A DNA stretch of 63,609 bases, counting the filler, from Candidatus Nanoarchaeia archaeon (GTDB lineage: Archaea > Nanobdellota > Nanobdellia > Woesearchaeales > DATDTY01), in the NCBI GenBank assembly GCA_035290625.1. It is 5 parts of 5 records of this genome, joined end to end, with 100 filler letters (N's around TTAATTAATTAA, not from the genome) between each part and the next. Parts side by side here need not be neighbours in the genome. Positions count along the whole stretch, not along the records: positions 30,836 to 51,316 come from DATDTY010000033.1; positions 51,417 to 56,339 come from DATDTY010000036.1; positions 56,440 to 63,609 come from DATDTY010000041.1; 2 more parts are not named here. One strand, given 5' to 3'. Below are positions 47,962 through 58,584 of this stretch, piece by piece. Position numbers and translations under genes: made by a program. A model generated the notes under the pieces. It did not search any database. It was not told the origin of the DNA and saw only the letters and a program-made list of their open reading frames with translations. How positions within the stretch are numbered: the stretch's first letter is position 1; each line of letters opens with the position of its first letter.

Positions 47962-48810
47962 ATGCTCGGAGGCCAATTTAAGACAGTCATCCTGCTTGCG
48001 CTCCTTACGGCACTGCTCCTCTGGGTGGGGTCGCTTTGGAGCACGACCGGGCTTGTTGTTGCAGCAATCTTTGTCCTTCTTATGAACCTCGGATCCTATT
48101 GGTTTTCTGATAAGGTTGTCCTGATGATGTACAGGGCTCGCGAGGCAAAAGAGCCAGAGTACTCCAAGCTCCATAGCATTGTTTCTGAAGTAGCCCAAAG
48201 GGCGAATCTGCCAAAACCAAAGGTCTATGTCATTGACTCTCCTGTCGCAAATGCGTTTGCTACTGGCAGAAATCCGAAGCACGCAGCAATTGCCGTTACC
48301 AAAGGGATCATGGATCTGCTGACAGCAGATGAGCTGAAAGGGGTGCTGAGCCACGAGGCAGCCCATATCAAAAATAGGGATATCCTGATATCAACTGTTG
48401 CAGGAACCATTGCGGGGGTCATCTCCTATGTCGCAGCAGTTGCCAGGTGGTCTGCAATCTTCGGCTTCGGTGGGAAGGATCGGGACAACAACCTCCTTGA
48501 ACTCCTTGTCCTTGCGATCATCACCCCGCTTATAGCCACGCTTATCCAGCTTGCCATCTCAAGATCCCGCGAGTACATCGCGGATGCCACTGGCAGCGGA
48601 TTCTTGCATTCAGGCCTTGGACTTGCGTCAGCACTTGAAAAGCTGCAGTCCCATTCCAAGAGATTCTTCTTTCCCTTAACCGGAAGCACACAAGCAACTG
48701 CGCATCTCTTCATCACAAACCCCCTCAAAGGTTCTGGGCTCATGCATCTGCTCTCTACCCATCCGCCTACTCATGAGAGGATCAGGCGGCTTCGCAGCCA
48801 AACATTTTAA
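47962..48810 (+). CDS. htpX: Zn metalloprotease HtpX (M48)
   Basis: NAFATG, HEAAH, SRSREYIAD, STHPP. Confidence 0.95.
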   Translation: MLGGQFKTVILLALLTALLLWVGSLWSTTGLVVAAIFVLLMNLGSYWFSDKVVLMMYRAREAKEPEYSKLHSIVSEVAQRANLPKPKVYVIDSPVANAFATGRNPKHAAIAVTKGIMDLLTADELKGVLSHEAAHIKNRDILISTVAGTIAGVISYVAAVARWSAIFGFGGKDRDNNLLELLVLAIITPLIATLIQLAISRSREYIADATGSGFLHSGLGLASALEKLQSHSKRFFFPLTGSTQATAHLFITNPLKGSGLMHLLSTHPPTHERIRRLRSQTF

Positions 48811-48826
48811 CAAGAGGTGGTGCTCT

Positions 48827-49072
48827 TTGGAGAAACAAGTCATGTACTTACTTATTCAGGCGCGGTTTGGCAGGGTCGACCGCGTTGCCACAAAGCTTCT
48901 CAAGTACAAGTCCATCCAGGACGTCCATGAGCTGCTTGGGCAGTGGGACATCATCTGCAAGGTCAATGGGAAGGATATGAATGAGATCACTTCTTTTCTT
49001 GAAGGCGAGATTCTCCCAAATGCAGACATCGCAGGAGTGGAAACGCTGATTGTAAGCGATACCATCTCATAG
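48827..49072 (+). CDS. Stand-alone Lrp/AsnC ligand-binding (RAM) domain protein
   Basis: VHELLGQWDII...VETLIV; TTG start after GAGGTG. Confidence 0.8.
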   Translation: MEKQVMYLLIQARFGRVDRVATKLLKYKSIQDVHELLGQWDIICKVNGKDMNEITSFLEGEILPNADIAGVETLIVSDTIS

Positions 49073-49184
49073 CTGCAGGTTTTACTAAGCTGGGTTATTC
49101 TCGCTGGGTAGAATTCAACTTCTGCATTACAGTTTCAACATTTTCTAAAAAACAATCAGCCTTGCGCCCATTCCGCGATCATGC

Positions 49185-51316
49185 CTACTTTTTTTCATCA
49201 CTGTTGCCTGCCTGTCCCGATGAGCGCAGATCTTTTGGAGGAGCGTCATCAGCGTACTCTGCTTCAACAACCTCTTTTATCCTTCGTGCTTTCTTTTCGC
49301 CAATCTTCTCAACTTTCTTCAGTTCCTCTTCTGATGCATTGATCAGATTTTTTATACTCCTGAATGCCCTGAGAAGAGGCCTTGCAAGCGCAAGGCCGAT
49401 ATTTGGAAAGCTGCTTACAATATACTCCTGCTGCTCTTTGAGCGTTGAGGTCTTTTTCTCAGGATGCGGGGAGAATGAGGAATCCTCCTCCTGCTCCCTC
49501 TTAGCAATGATGTGGATGAGCTTTGCAGTCTCCTTATAATTTTTCGTGAAGAGCAGAGGCACCTTATACGAGACTGCGATCGTGGCAAGCATGCCAACCA
49601 CAGCATTCGGGTGGATATTCCTTATGGAGAAAAGGTCCTCTTCGCCCTCAATAACCACCAGGGGGGCCTCAAAATTCCTTTTGAGTTCCTTAAGCTGGCT
49701 GAGGAGCCTTCCGTCAATTATTGAGTCGACGAAATCCCTCCTTGTCTTGAATTCGACGCCAACCCTGCCTGTAATGAAATCGGCTGAAATGAGGCTCTGC
49801 ACATGAATCCTCGCTCCATTATCGACAAGCTCTTTGATTACAGGATTTCCCTTCTCTCTGCTATCAGCAAGAATCCTGACCTTATCTTCCTCAGGTATAA
49901 ACTTCTCAAGCGGCGGCTGCGCCGAAAGCCGCCTTGTCTGGAGCTGCTTTAAGATCTGCACCATCCTTTTTTCTTTCCTGTTTGCGGCCCAGCGGTAGCC
50001 TTCATCCAATGTGCCTTTCGTCATCAGGACAAGGACCTTCCCTTTCTCCTGCCTGCCAGTTCTCCCTCTCCGTTGGATGTGCCGGATTACAGAGGGAAGC
50101 GGCTCGAAAAAAATCACGAGGTCAACCTTTGGGATGTCAATCCCCTCTTCTCCAACAGAGGTCATGCACATCACATTGAACTCTCCTTTGCCAAATCTTT
50201 CCAGCAGCGCTTTCTGCTCCTTCTGCGAGATGCCAGTCCCTCCTTTCTTGGCCTGACCGACGAAGAGCTGTGCCCGCATCCCATTCTGGCTCAGGATAGA
50301 GGCAATGTTCTGCGCGTTGTCGCGGTATTGATTAAACACGATGATCTTTGCCTGTGGATTTGCTTTGATTTCTGAGCTGACGATGTTCTGCAGCTCAATA
50401 AGCTTCGGATGCTCGACCTTCTGCTCTGCCAGCTGCTGAACCTTCAGGCCCGCAACCTTGAAGTTGATATCCTGCACAACGCTTTTTACCGCTTTAACCG
50501 ACGTATGGCTCGCTTCAGAGTTTACCTTTGAGATGTATTTGTTCAGCGCTTCTATCCCCTGCGTTTCGAGGAGCTCTAATGCATAGCTTACCTTCATGAT
50601 CTCTGCAAGCACCGAGATTGCATTCCAAAGCAGGAAATCCTTCTCTCCTGAAGCTGCTCTTCCCCTGAGCTGGGCCTGAAGCATGAGCAGATCCTTTCTG
50701 GACAGGTTTGTGGTGTCTTCTCTCTGCAAGATCCCCCAATGCTTGAGTTTCTGGGCGCGCTCCTTCAGAAATTCCTTGAAGTGCTGCTGAATCTCAATGA
50801 AGGGCTTTGGCAGCTCCACCTTTACCCATCTGATTTCAATCTCCTGGATATAGGGCCGGACATCTGCGTCTTCATCAGTCCTCACTTCAATATTCTCGAT
50901 GAAGAGATTGACCAGGACTTCGTTAATCTTTTCAAGGTCGGATCCCGGGGAAGCAGTAAGGCCAGTTATCAGCGGAAATCTGGCAGCTTTCATGAATTGC
51001 CTGGCAAGAAACACGTATGCATAATCTCCAACTGCCCGATGCGCCTCATCAAATCCGAGCAGGCAGACTTCCTCAAGCCTAATCCTTCCTGAGATGATAT
51101 CATTCTCTATGCCCTGAGGCGTTGAGAAGACCACTTGGGAAGATTTCCACAGCTCGGCCCTTTTCTGCGGAGCTACAAAACCTGTAAATATCGCAAGCTT
51201 CTCTTGGTCTATCTGAAGATGCTTCCTGAAGACTTCGTAATACTGCTCGATGAGCGGCCGGGTAGGGCCAAGGAACAGCACTTTAGAATCGGGATAGAGC
51301 GTGAGGCGGTGCGCGG
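49185..51316 (-). CDS. hef: Hef helicase/ERCC4 nuclease, 5'-truncated by contig end
   Basis: DEAHRA, TASPG, QRRGRTGR, ADSRE...VEFKT nuclease, HhH repeats. Confidence 0.93.
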
Positions 51317-51416
51317 NNNNNNNNNNNNNNNNNNNNNNNNNNNNNNNNNNNNNNNNNNNNTTAATTAATTAANNNNNNNNNNNNNNNNNNNNNNNNNNNN
51401 NNNNNNNNNNNNNNNN
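51317..51416. other. Artificial contig linker
   Basis: N-run, TTAATTAATTAA, N-run. Confidence 0.99.
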
Positions 51417-51423
51417 CCGATTG

Positions 51424-51654
51424 TTACATCCTGGCATAATTTCTTCTTGTCCACCAAAGGAAGAATACGAGAACAATAATTCCAGATACAACGCTTATTA
51501 TTTTTGTTTGAAAAGCCCAATCACTAAAAACAGGGTAGACGATGAGGGTTGCTCCCACTGCAATGCCAGTCAACCCACGCCAGAATTGATCCCAGTAACG
51601 ATGCCTATCAAGTTTTTTAAGGAAAGGTTCTCCTCTTTTTTCTGGATCCCTCAT
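51424..51654 (-). CDS. Small hypothetical membrane protein
   Basis: 76 aa, two TM segments, starts 7 nt after the PRC-barrel gene. Confidence 0.55.
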   Translation of the reverse strand: MRDPEKRGEPFLKKLDRHRYWDQFWRGLTGIAVGATLIVYPVFSDWAFQTKIISVVSGIIVLVFFLWWTRRNYARM

Positions 51655-51660
51655 GATAAG

Positions 51661-51924
51661 TCAGATAATGTCCTCTTCAGCAATCACCATAAAGTCGCCT
51701 ATTGCCATAACTGCAGAAAAGGGGATGAGGATATTCCCTTCCTTGTCCTTCTCAAGCTCAAGCTTTTCTGTGTAGGAGGTTGGATTTCGCAGCATCATAT
51801 GGATGAGCTCTCCTGATCTGGCCTCAAAGATAATATCCGCAACCTCTCCAAACCGTTTCCCGGTCTTTGAAACAATGGTTTTTCCGATAATGCCCCTTGC
51901 GAATTTCTTTTCTTCTTCAGCCAT
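51661..51924 (-). CDS. PRC-barrel domain protein (CdpB-like)
   Basis: IGKTIVSKTGKRFGEVADI...IPFSAVMAIGDFMVI. Confidence 0.85.
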   Translation of the reverse strand: MAEEEKKFARGIIGKTIVSKTGKRFGEVADIIFEARSGELIHMMLRNPTSYTEKLELEKDKEGNILIPFSAVMAIGDFMVIAEEDII

Positions 51925-52036
51925 GTCCTTCCTCCGCTTTTTTACTCCCGAATAGCAAACGTGATAGGATAAAGAGGGCAGGCTTATATTTAAATTTTGT
52001 GGTTATGCTGAGGATATTTTCAAGACAGGCTTAAAG

Positions 52037-52200
52037 GGCTCTGTAGAAAATCTCACTTCGTTCGGGCAGCATCGGGTTCGCCATGTACCTATCATAAACA
52101 GGAAAAACGACATTTCCCGTATGGAGCAACCCCTTTGTCGCTGTGATGCCGTCTGTAAATATGGCTCACGGATGATGCTGCCTGCATTTTCTACAGAGCC
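52037..52200 (+). repeat. Folded intergenic element, copy C
   Basis: Perfect 15-bp terminal IR GGCTCTGTAGAAAAT/ATTTTCTACAGAGCC; shares GTTCGCCATGT, CGACATT, TTGTCG, ATGGCTCAC with copy A. Confidence 0.85.
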
Positions 52201-52245
52201 AGGTTAAAGAATAAATATAAATAGCCAAGAATTACCTATAAGCGC

Positions 52246-53274
52246 ATGGACGCTGCGCAGAAGATCGGGCTTATAAAGCAGGGAACTGCAGAGATCGTGA
52301 CTGAAGAAGAGCTGGCTCAGCTTATCCAGGACAATCCCCACCCAACAGCGTATTTTGGCGTTGCGGTTACTGGAAAGGTCCACATTGGGTATTTTGTTCC
52401 GTTGGTCAAGATCAGGGACTTCCTCGGAGCTGGGCTGAAGGTAAAGATCCTGCTTGCTGACATCCATGCGCATCTCGATGACCAAAAGACCCCTTTTGAG
52501 CTTCTTGATAAAAGAGTCAAGTACTATAAACAGGCGATAGCAGCTCTCCTCACTTCCATAGGGGCTGATGTGCAGCGAATCCAATTCGTCAAAGGCTCAG
52601 ACTTCCAGCTTTCAAAGGAGTACACAACAGATATGTACAGGCTGGCTGCAAGGAATACCCTTGAACGGACAAGGCGGGCAGCTTCTGAAGTTGTGCGCTT
52701 TGGAAGCCAGCCAAAGCTTTCCGGATTCATCTACCCGATTCTCCAGGCGCTGGATGAACAGTATTTAGCCGCAGATATCCAACTGGGCGGCCTCGATCAG
52801 CGGAAGATATTGATGTTCTGCAGGGAAAACCTGCCCCGCATCGGCTACAAAGCCAGAATCGAGATCATGACTCCTATGCTTCCTGGCCTCACCGGAGAGA
52901 AAATGAGCGCATCCCGGGAATCAACAAAGATAGATATTCTGGAAGATGAAGATTCGATCAGGAATAAGGTTAAAAGTTTTTATTGCCCTGAAGGCAAGGT
53001 TGAAAACAACGGCGTGCTTGCATTTGCAAAGCAGGTGATTTTCCCGCTCAGCGAAGGCCCAATAACCGTCGAGCGCCCGGCAAAGTTTGGAGGGCCCCTC
53101 ACATTTGAGACATACGCTCAACTGGAGGAATCCTTCACAAAGCTGAAGGTCCACCCGCTTGATCTCAAAAGCTTGGTTGCTGATCAGGTACAGGAAAGGA
53201 TGAAGATAGTCAGGAAACAGTTTAAGGGAAAAGATAATCTCATCCAAGAGGCGTTTCCTGAGAATGCAGCCTAG
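52246..53274 (+). CDS. tyrS: Tyrosine--tRNA ligase (archaeal type)
   Basis: HIGY, YPILQALD, GGLDQRK, KMSAS, HPLDLK. Confidence 0.96.
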   Translation: MDAAQKIGLIKQGTAEIVTEEELAQLIQDNPHPTAYFGVAVTGKVHIGYFVPLVKIRDFLGAGLKVKILLADIHAHLDDQKTPFELLDKRVKYYKQAIAALLTSIGADVQRIQFVKGSDFQLSKEYTTDMYRLAARNTLERTRRAASEVVRFGSQPKLSGFIYPILQALDEQYLAADIQLGGLDQRKILMFCRENLPRIGYKARIEIMTPMLPGLTGEKMSASRESTKIDILEDEDSIRNKVKSFYCPEGKVENNGVLAFAKQVIFPLSEGPITVERPAKFGGPLTFETYAQLEESFTKLKVHPLDLKSLVADQVQERMKIVRKQFKGKDNLIQEAFPENAA

Positions 53275-53308
53275 CCAAGTTCTGCCGAGGATTGCCGAGT
53301 CGGCGTCA

Positions 53309-53468
53309 GTGCCATTGAAAAGCCATGCAGCGCCCTCTTGTGAGCCATCTTAAATAGGACAGCAGAGCGACAAGGGAGTTGCCCCCTTCGGGGAATGTCG
53401 CTCTACTCCGGCACATTTCTAGGCGAACTCGGCGCTGCCGAGCGAAGCGAGCAACTTTTCAATGGCAC
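53309..53468 (-). repeat. Folded intergenic element, copy D
   Basis: Perfect 14-bp terminal IR GTGCCATTGAAAAG/CTTTTCAATGGCAC; close homologue of copy A. Confidence 0.88.
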
Positions 53469-53514
53469 ACCGCTGTCGCAAGATTTAAAAAGAATTCAAA
53501 GATGACGTATCACG

Positions 53515-54930
53515 ATGAGTGTTGCGGCGCTGGCAGACTTTGCCCTGGCATATGCCCAAAAAAAGGGTGCAGCCTATGCAGAGGTCCGCCTCGAGCAGGT
53601 TGAAGGAAACTCCTTTCTCGTGAAGAAGCAGAATGTGGAGGCCTCAGGAATCGACATCAAAAGCGGGATCGGAATTCGTTTTCTGGTTAACAACAGGCTG
53701 GGATTTGTATCGACGAATGTGCTTGATAAGGATTCTCTCAAGAGGATCATTGACAGGGGGGCGTCCTTTCTTCTGCACAAGACAAGGTTGAGGGAAGCGG
53801 TAAGTCTTGCGGGTGAAAGCGCGCATAAAGAAGTATATGAGGTAAGACAGAAGCAGCCTCTCCAGGACATTGATCCGAAAGAGAAGGTTCAGCTCCTGCT
53901 TGATGCAGATAAGGGAATTGCCAGTCTCCATTCGAATGTTCCTGGGAGATGGTATTCGCTCTCCACCAGCATATCAAAAGAGACCTTGCTGACATCAGAA
54001 GGGACCCGGATTGAAGCCACGATACCGCGCGTCGGCGGGTATTATATTATTACGATGAAACAGGCAGGGAGGAGTTATCAAAGGAGTTGGCAATTCGGAG
54101 CAACTGCGGGTTGGGAGGCAGTCTCTGGCTGGCATCTTGCAGAACGTCTGAGAGCAGAGGTCAAAGCAGGGCTGCATAACCTCTCCAATGCTGTGAAGGC
54201 TCCGAAAGGGAGCATGGATGTTGTTGTCGGTCCAGAAGTTGTCGGGATTATGTGCCATGAATCTGTCGGCCATCCTTTCGAGGCTGACAGGATATTAGGG
54301 AGGGAGGCTGCTCAGGCAGGAGAGAGCTTTATCACGCCTGGGATGATCGGATCGAGGATAGGGAGCGATGTTGTGACTGTAGTTGACGATCCTACAGAAG
54401 AAAAAGGATACGGATATTATTTATTTGACAATGAAGGGGTTAAGGCAAGAAGGAAATACCTCATTAAGGGAGGGATGATTAATGAATTTCTCCACAACCG
54501 GCAGACAGCAGCGAGCATGGAAACGAAGAGTAACGGAAGCTCGCGCGCAGTTGACTATGATAAAGAGCCTATTGTTCGAATGTCCAATACCTTCATGCTT
54601 CCTGGAGAGTATTCCGAAGATGAGCTGATCGAGGGAGTAAGAAAAGGCGTGTTTATGAAGAACTTTATGGAATGGAATATCGATGACCAGCGCATGAATC
54701 AAAAGTATGTCGGAGCAGAAGCTTTTTTGATTAGGAATGGAAAGCTTGCCGAGCCTGTCAGGAATCCTGTCTTGGAGATAAACACAACAAAGCTTTGGCA
54801 GTGTTTTGATGCTGTTGGAAAAAAACCAGAGTACGCAGCAGGAAGCTGCGGAAAAGGCGAGCCCATGCAGCCCATTCCTGTCTGGTTCGGGGGCCCCTCT
54901 GCCAGGCTAAGAAGAGTGGATATGAGATGA
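53515..54930 (+). CDS. tldD: TldD metalloprotease
   Basis: HESVGHPFEAD, RMSNT, CGKGEPMQ. Confidence 0.93.
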   Translation: MSVAALADFALAYAQKKGAAYAEVRLEQVEGNSFLVKKQNVEASGIDIKSGIGIRFLVNNRLGFVSTNVLDKDSLKRIIDRGASFLLHKTRLREAVSLAGESAHKEVYEVRQKQPLQDIDPKEKVQLLLDADKGIASLHSNVPGRWYSLSTSISKETLLTSEGTRIEATIPRVGGYYIITMKQAGRSYQRSWQFGATAGWEAVSGWHLAERLRAEVKAGLHNLSNAVKAPKGSMDVVVGPEVVGIMCHESVGHPFEADRILGREAAQAGESFITPGMIGSRIGSDVVTVVDDPTEEKGYGYYLFDNEGVKARRKYLIKGGMINEFLHNRQTAASMETKSNGSSRAVDYDKEPIVRMSNTFMLPGEYSEDELIEGVRKGVFMKNFMEWNIDDQRMNQKYVGAEAFLIRNGKLAEPVRNPVLEINTTKLWQCFDAVGKKPEYAAGSCGKGEPMQPIPVWFGGPSARLRRVDMR

Positions 54931-56261
54931 ATATGGATCCGCAAGAAATGATCATGAAGAGTTTGCAGGAGTATGCCTCTGATGCGGTGGTGATCATGGA
55001 GACTGATGACCACGATCTTGTGAAATTTTCCAATAACCGTATCTCGATCACCAAATCTTGGCAAAGCCAGGAGGCGCTTGTTTTTGCATCAATCCAGAAG
55101 AGGAATATCCTCACGAGCATGAGAGATTTCTCAGAACAGGCGATCGAGAATTCTGTTAAGGGTATCGTGGCTTTTGCAAAAAACCTGGTTCCGAATCAGG
55201 AATACGCCGGGATTGCCGCAGGCCCGTTCAAATACAGGCCAATCCAGGAAACCTTTGATCCGAGAATTAAGGAGATGAAAGATAAGTCTATTGATCTTGT
55301 AGAAGGAGCAATCCAAGCAGCGCTTAATGAAGGCGCGCAGCGCACAGCAGGAACATTTGAAATTCGGTCAGGAGAGATCGCTTTACTCACCTCAAATGGG
55401 TGTGAAGGAGGAGAAAGAGGCACAAGCGCATATTTCTCCCTGCGCGCGCTAGCTGAGAAAGACGCATCTGGCCATAAAGTGGCAGTCTCAAGGATGATAA
55501 GCAAGATGGATATTGAGGAGGCTGCAAAGGCTGCTGGCCAGATCGCCGTAGATGCCAAGGACCCAAGGCCGGGAAAACCTGGTGTGTACGATGTGCTCTT
55601 TGATCCTTTACCCGCCGCAAACCTTCTTGAGAATTTCGGAAACAATTTCTGCATCATGAATATTGAGTCTGGCTTGTCCTGCCTGGATGGAAAGCTGGGA
55701 AAAAGGGCGGGGTCTCCAGAGATGACGTTCTATGATGATGGAACCTATCCGAATGGGATGTCTTCATCCAAGTTCGATGCCGAGGGAGTCCCAACAAGGA
55801 AAAACGTCCTTGTGGAAAACGGAACGATAAAGACATTCCTCCACAACACCTCAACAGCTAAACGGCATAATACGAAGACGACGGCAAACGCAGGCCTTAT
55901 CGCTCCTGAGCCGACCAACTTGATCGTGGAACCGGGCAAATACAGGAAAGAAGAGATGATTGAGAGGATAAAGCATGGCCTGTATATCACCAACCTCTGG
56001 TACACCCGCTTCCAGAACTACAAGACGGGGGATTTTTCCACGATCCCCAGGGACGGTATATTCTTCATCAGGAATGGGCGTATCAGCTATCCTGTCAGGA
56101 ATATGCGCATTTCAGAGAATATTATGAGAATAATGGGGAATATCGAAGCTGTTGGCAAGGTGCCTGAGCAGGTGAGAGGATGGGAAGTTGAGACTCCGGT
56201 AATTACCCCTCCGATTCTTGTGAAGAATATAAGGATTACAAAGCCTGTTGAGGGGGGATAG
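54927..56261 (+). CDS. pmbA: PmbA/TldE protein
   Basis: FDAEGVP, TGDFS; overlaps tldD stop; lacks HExxxH. Confidence 0.9.
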   Translation: MNMDPQEMIMKSLQEYASDAVVIMETDDHDLVKFSNNRISITKSWQSQEALVFASIQKRNILTSMRDFSEQAIENSVKGIVAFAKNLVPNQEYAGIAAGPFKYRPIQETFDPRIKEMKDKSIDLVEGAIQAALNEGAQRTAGTFEIRSGEIALLTSNGCEGGERGTSAYFSLRALAEKDASGHKVAVSRMISKMDIEEAAKAAGQIAVDAKDPRPGKPGVYDVLFDPLPAANLLENFGNNFCIMNIESGLSCLDGKLGKRAGSPEMTFYDDGTYPNGMSSSKFDAEGVPTRKNVLVENGTIKTFLHNTSTAKRHNTKTTANAGLIAPEPTNLIVEPGKYRKEEMIERIKHGLYITNLWYTRFQNYKTGDFSTIPRDGIFFIRNGRISYPVRNMRISENIMRIMGNIEAVGKVPEQVRGWEVETPVITPPILVKNIRITKPVEGG

Positions 56262-56339
56262 ATTGATGCCCCTGGCAATTGTGTGAAGACCTTAGCATAA
56301 CCGCACAGTGGGTTATCCTCAGGAGCTCTGCGTGGGGGG

Positions 56340-56439
56340 NNNNNNNNNNNNNNNNNNNNNNNNNNNNNNNNNNNNNNNNNNNNTTAATTAATTAANNNNN
56401 NNNNNNNNNNNNNNNNNNNNNNNNNNNNNNNNNNNNNNN
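56340..56439. other. Artificial contig linker
   Basis: N-run, TTAATTAATTAA, N-run. Confidence 0.99.
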
Positions 56440-56580
56440 ACTGCGAATAGCATGCTCAAACGAGGCATGGGAGAAACCTTACGGGGGAAGTCCGTCGGCA
56501 TGCAGGCAAGGCACTTCTATATGAAGTGCTTTACGCATAATATGTTGGTGAGGGGTTAAGATGGAACTTGCAATCGAGCC
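56440..56580 (+). mobile_element. Right end of IS5-family element with transposase C-terminus (stop 56559)
   Basis: TANSMLKRGMGETLRGKSVGMQARHFYMKCFTHN resembles the IS5/DDE_Tnp_1 C-terminus; TIR AACTTGCAATCGAGCC 56565-56580. Confidence 0.8.
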
Positions 56581-56733
56581 ATCCAACCAAAAAACCTTAA
56601 ATTATAGATAAAGGGGATATCTTTGGGGTGTCGCGGCAAAAATGGAGTTTGTCTTGATGATTTCTGATTAGGAACTCACACTCGAGCCGCGGAATCACAA
56701 TTTTTATAAACATGGTATAGTCCTCACCGTGAA

Positions 56734-58584
56734 ATGGAGATTGTTCCGTTACTATTCTTTATTGTACTACTTTATTGCCTCGGCTATACGGCAACCTCCT
56801 TTGTAAAAAAGCCAGAACCTTTCGAACTCTATCTTGTACATTTCATGATTGGTCTGGCAGTCCTCCCAATACTCACAGTCCTTCTTAACCTCTTTAGGAT
56901 TCCCATTTCATGGTGGATACTTCTTTTTATTGCCATCATCAAGCCCGCTTGGGACGTTTCTAAATTAATTCGGCCAAAATCAATCCAATCGCTCACTCTT
57001 CAAAGAATAAACTGGAATCTTTCCACGATCATTATCATACTACTCTTCATCATAACCTTCTACATGTACCACAAGGGAGCATTCTCCTATCCCTACCTCG
57101 AAGATGATGACCCCTGGGGCCATGCGGTTGCAATGAAATATATTGCTTTAGAGCGTGATTTATTCCAACCAAACATCTTTCTACCAAAAGAATTTGATCC
57201 AAATAACCGACTTCGCCAAGAACTTGGCTATTTTCATTACCTAGACCCGTACCCTCCCGGCTATGACGTCATCTTCGGCATCCTGCATCAGCTCAGCTCA
57301 TCACTTAATTGGACAATAAAATTCTTCAACGCATTAATAATCTCCCTTGGAATCATCTTCTTCTATCTCTTTGCAAAAGAGTTTACACAAAGCACAAAAC
57401 TTGCCCTGGCTGCCGCATTTGCCTTGTTCTCAATTCCCTCCTACCTCACTCACTTTATCTGGGCCCACGCATTAATCCCTACTCTTATGTTCCCTGCATT
57501 CTACGCAATGGAAAGGATAAAGACAGACAAGAACTGGTGGATCATAGCTGCCTTAGCCACAGGCTCAATGCTTGTAATTCAGACAGATCAGAGCATCAAA
57601 TTCGGGGCATTCTTCATCATATACGGACTAGTAACCCTTTTCTTCAGCAAGAAAACAGCAATCTACACGATTGGGGCAGGACTTATAGGCTTAGTACTTT
57701 CAATGGCCTGGTGGGGAGCCTTGATAGCAAGATATGGCGGAATCTCAAACCTTGCCTTAAAGCTTGGCTATGGCAACCGCGGCCTCAATATCGCCGGAAC
57801 AGCAGACCGTGCCTACACCGTCTCAGACTTCTTCATTGCAAAATCCCAGAACCTCATCAATAACCCGACAGGGATAGGCATAGCCCTCTCAATCCTGGCC
57901 CTTGTTGGCCTTATCGCGATCTTCCTCCAGAAAAAGCCATGGAAAGACAGTCAATGGGCAATTATCACGTTAGGATGGCTCCTCTTAACCTTGTTCCTCG
58001 TCAATGGAGCACGATTTCCAATTCGCCTTTTCCCATTCCGATCATGGATGCTTCTGGCAATACCAATATCATTGCTCGCAGGCCTCGGCATCTTATTTAT
58101 TTTGAATGTGTTCTCAGATAAGAAACTAAAAATAGGAATACTAACACTAATCATCATTGCAGTCTTCTTCACCTCATTCGTGCAAAAATACGCAGTCAAC
58201 ACCGCTCAATGGTCTCCCGGCGGCTCCTGGAACTCAAATGAAGAGCTTTCAGCTTATCTAAGCCTCCTCCAACTGCCCCCCGAGGCCAGAGTAGTCACTC
58301 TGGCAAGATCAAACCATGAGTCTCACCTGATTGGTTTGGACAAACTTATTTGTACGTATTGTGATGATGAGTTTGATTTTAGGGAAAATATAGAGAATAA
58401 AACCACGTTGGAGATTTATTCGTTTTTTAAGGGCAAATGGTATGAGTATGTGATACTTGATGCTGAATATGCAAAAATATACGGGATGAATGCGACTAAC
58501 CAGAGATTAAAAAAAATGGCAGAAGGTGACCTCTTTACCCCAATTTTGCAAACACAGGGCATGGTTCTTTTCAAGATTAATTAA
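56734..58584 (+). CDS. Polytopic membrane protein, GT-C glycosyltransferase-like
   Basis: Many TM segments, EDDDPWGH loop and YPPG motif; lies in a glycosylation cluster. Confidence 0.7.
   Translation: MEIVPLLFFIVLLYCLGYTATSFVKKPEPFELYLVHFMIGLAVLPILTVLLNLFRIPISWWILLFIAIIKPAWDVSKLIRPKSIQSLTLQRINWNLSTIIIILLFIITFYMYHKGAFSYPYLEDDDPWGHAVAMKYIALERDLFQPNIFLPKEFDPNNRLRQELGYFHYLDPYPPGYDVIFGILHQLSSSLNWTIKFFNALIISLGIIFFYLFAKEFTQSTKLALAAAFALFSIPSYLTHFIWAHALIPTLMFPAFYAMERIKTDKNWWIIAALATGSMLVIQTDQSIKFGAFFIIYGLVTLFFSKKTAIYTIGAGLIGLVLSMAWWGALIARYGGISNLALKLGYGNRGLNIAGTADRAYTVSDFFIAKSQNLINNPTGIGIALSILALVGLIAIFLQKKPWKDSQWAIITLGWLLLTLFLVNGARFPIRLFPFRSWMLLAIPISLLAGLGILFILNVFSDKKLKIGILTLIIIAVFFTSFVQKYAVNTAQWSPGGSWNSNEELSAYLSLLQLPPEARVVTLARSNHESHLIGLDKLICTYCDDEFDFRENIENKTTLEIYSFFKGKWYEYVILDAEYAKIYGMNATNQRLKKMAEGDLFTPILQTQGMVLFKIN

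Noticed and set aside
22978..52200. T-box-like leaders before argS and tyrS
   Set aside because: No TGGNACC motif, TATA-like boxes lie between element and gene, and other copies are reversed beside unrelated genes
15499..56439. TTAATTAATTAA palindromes within N-runs
   Set aside because: Identical six-frame-stop linkers; artificial, so adjacency across them is not biological
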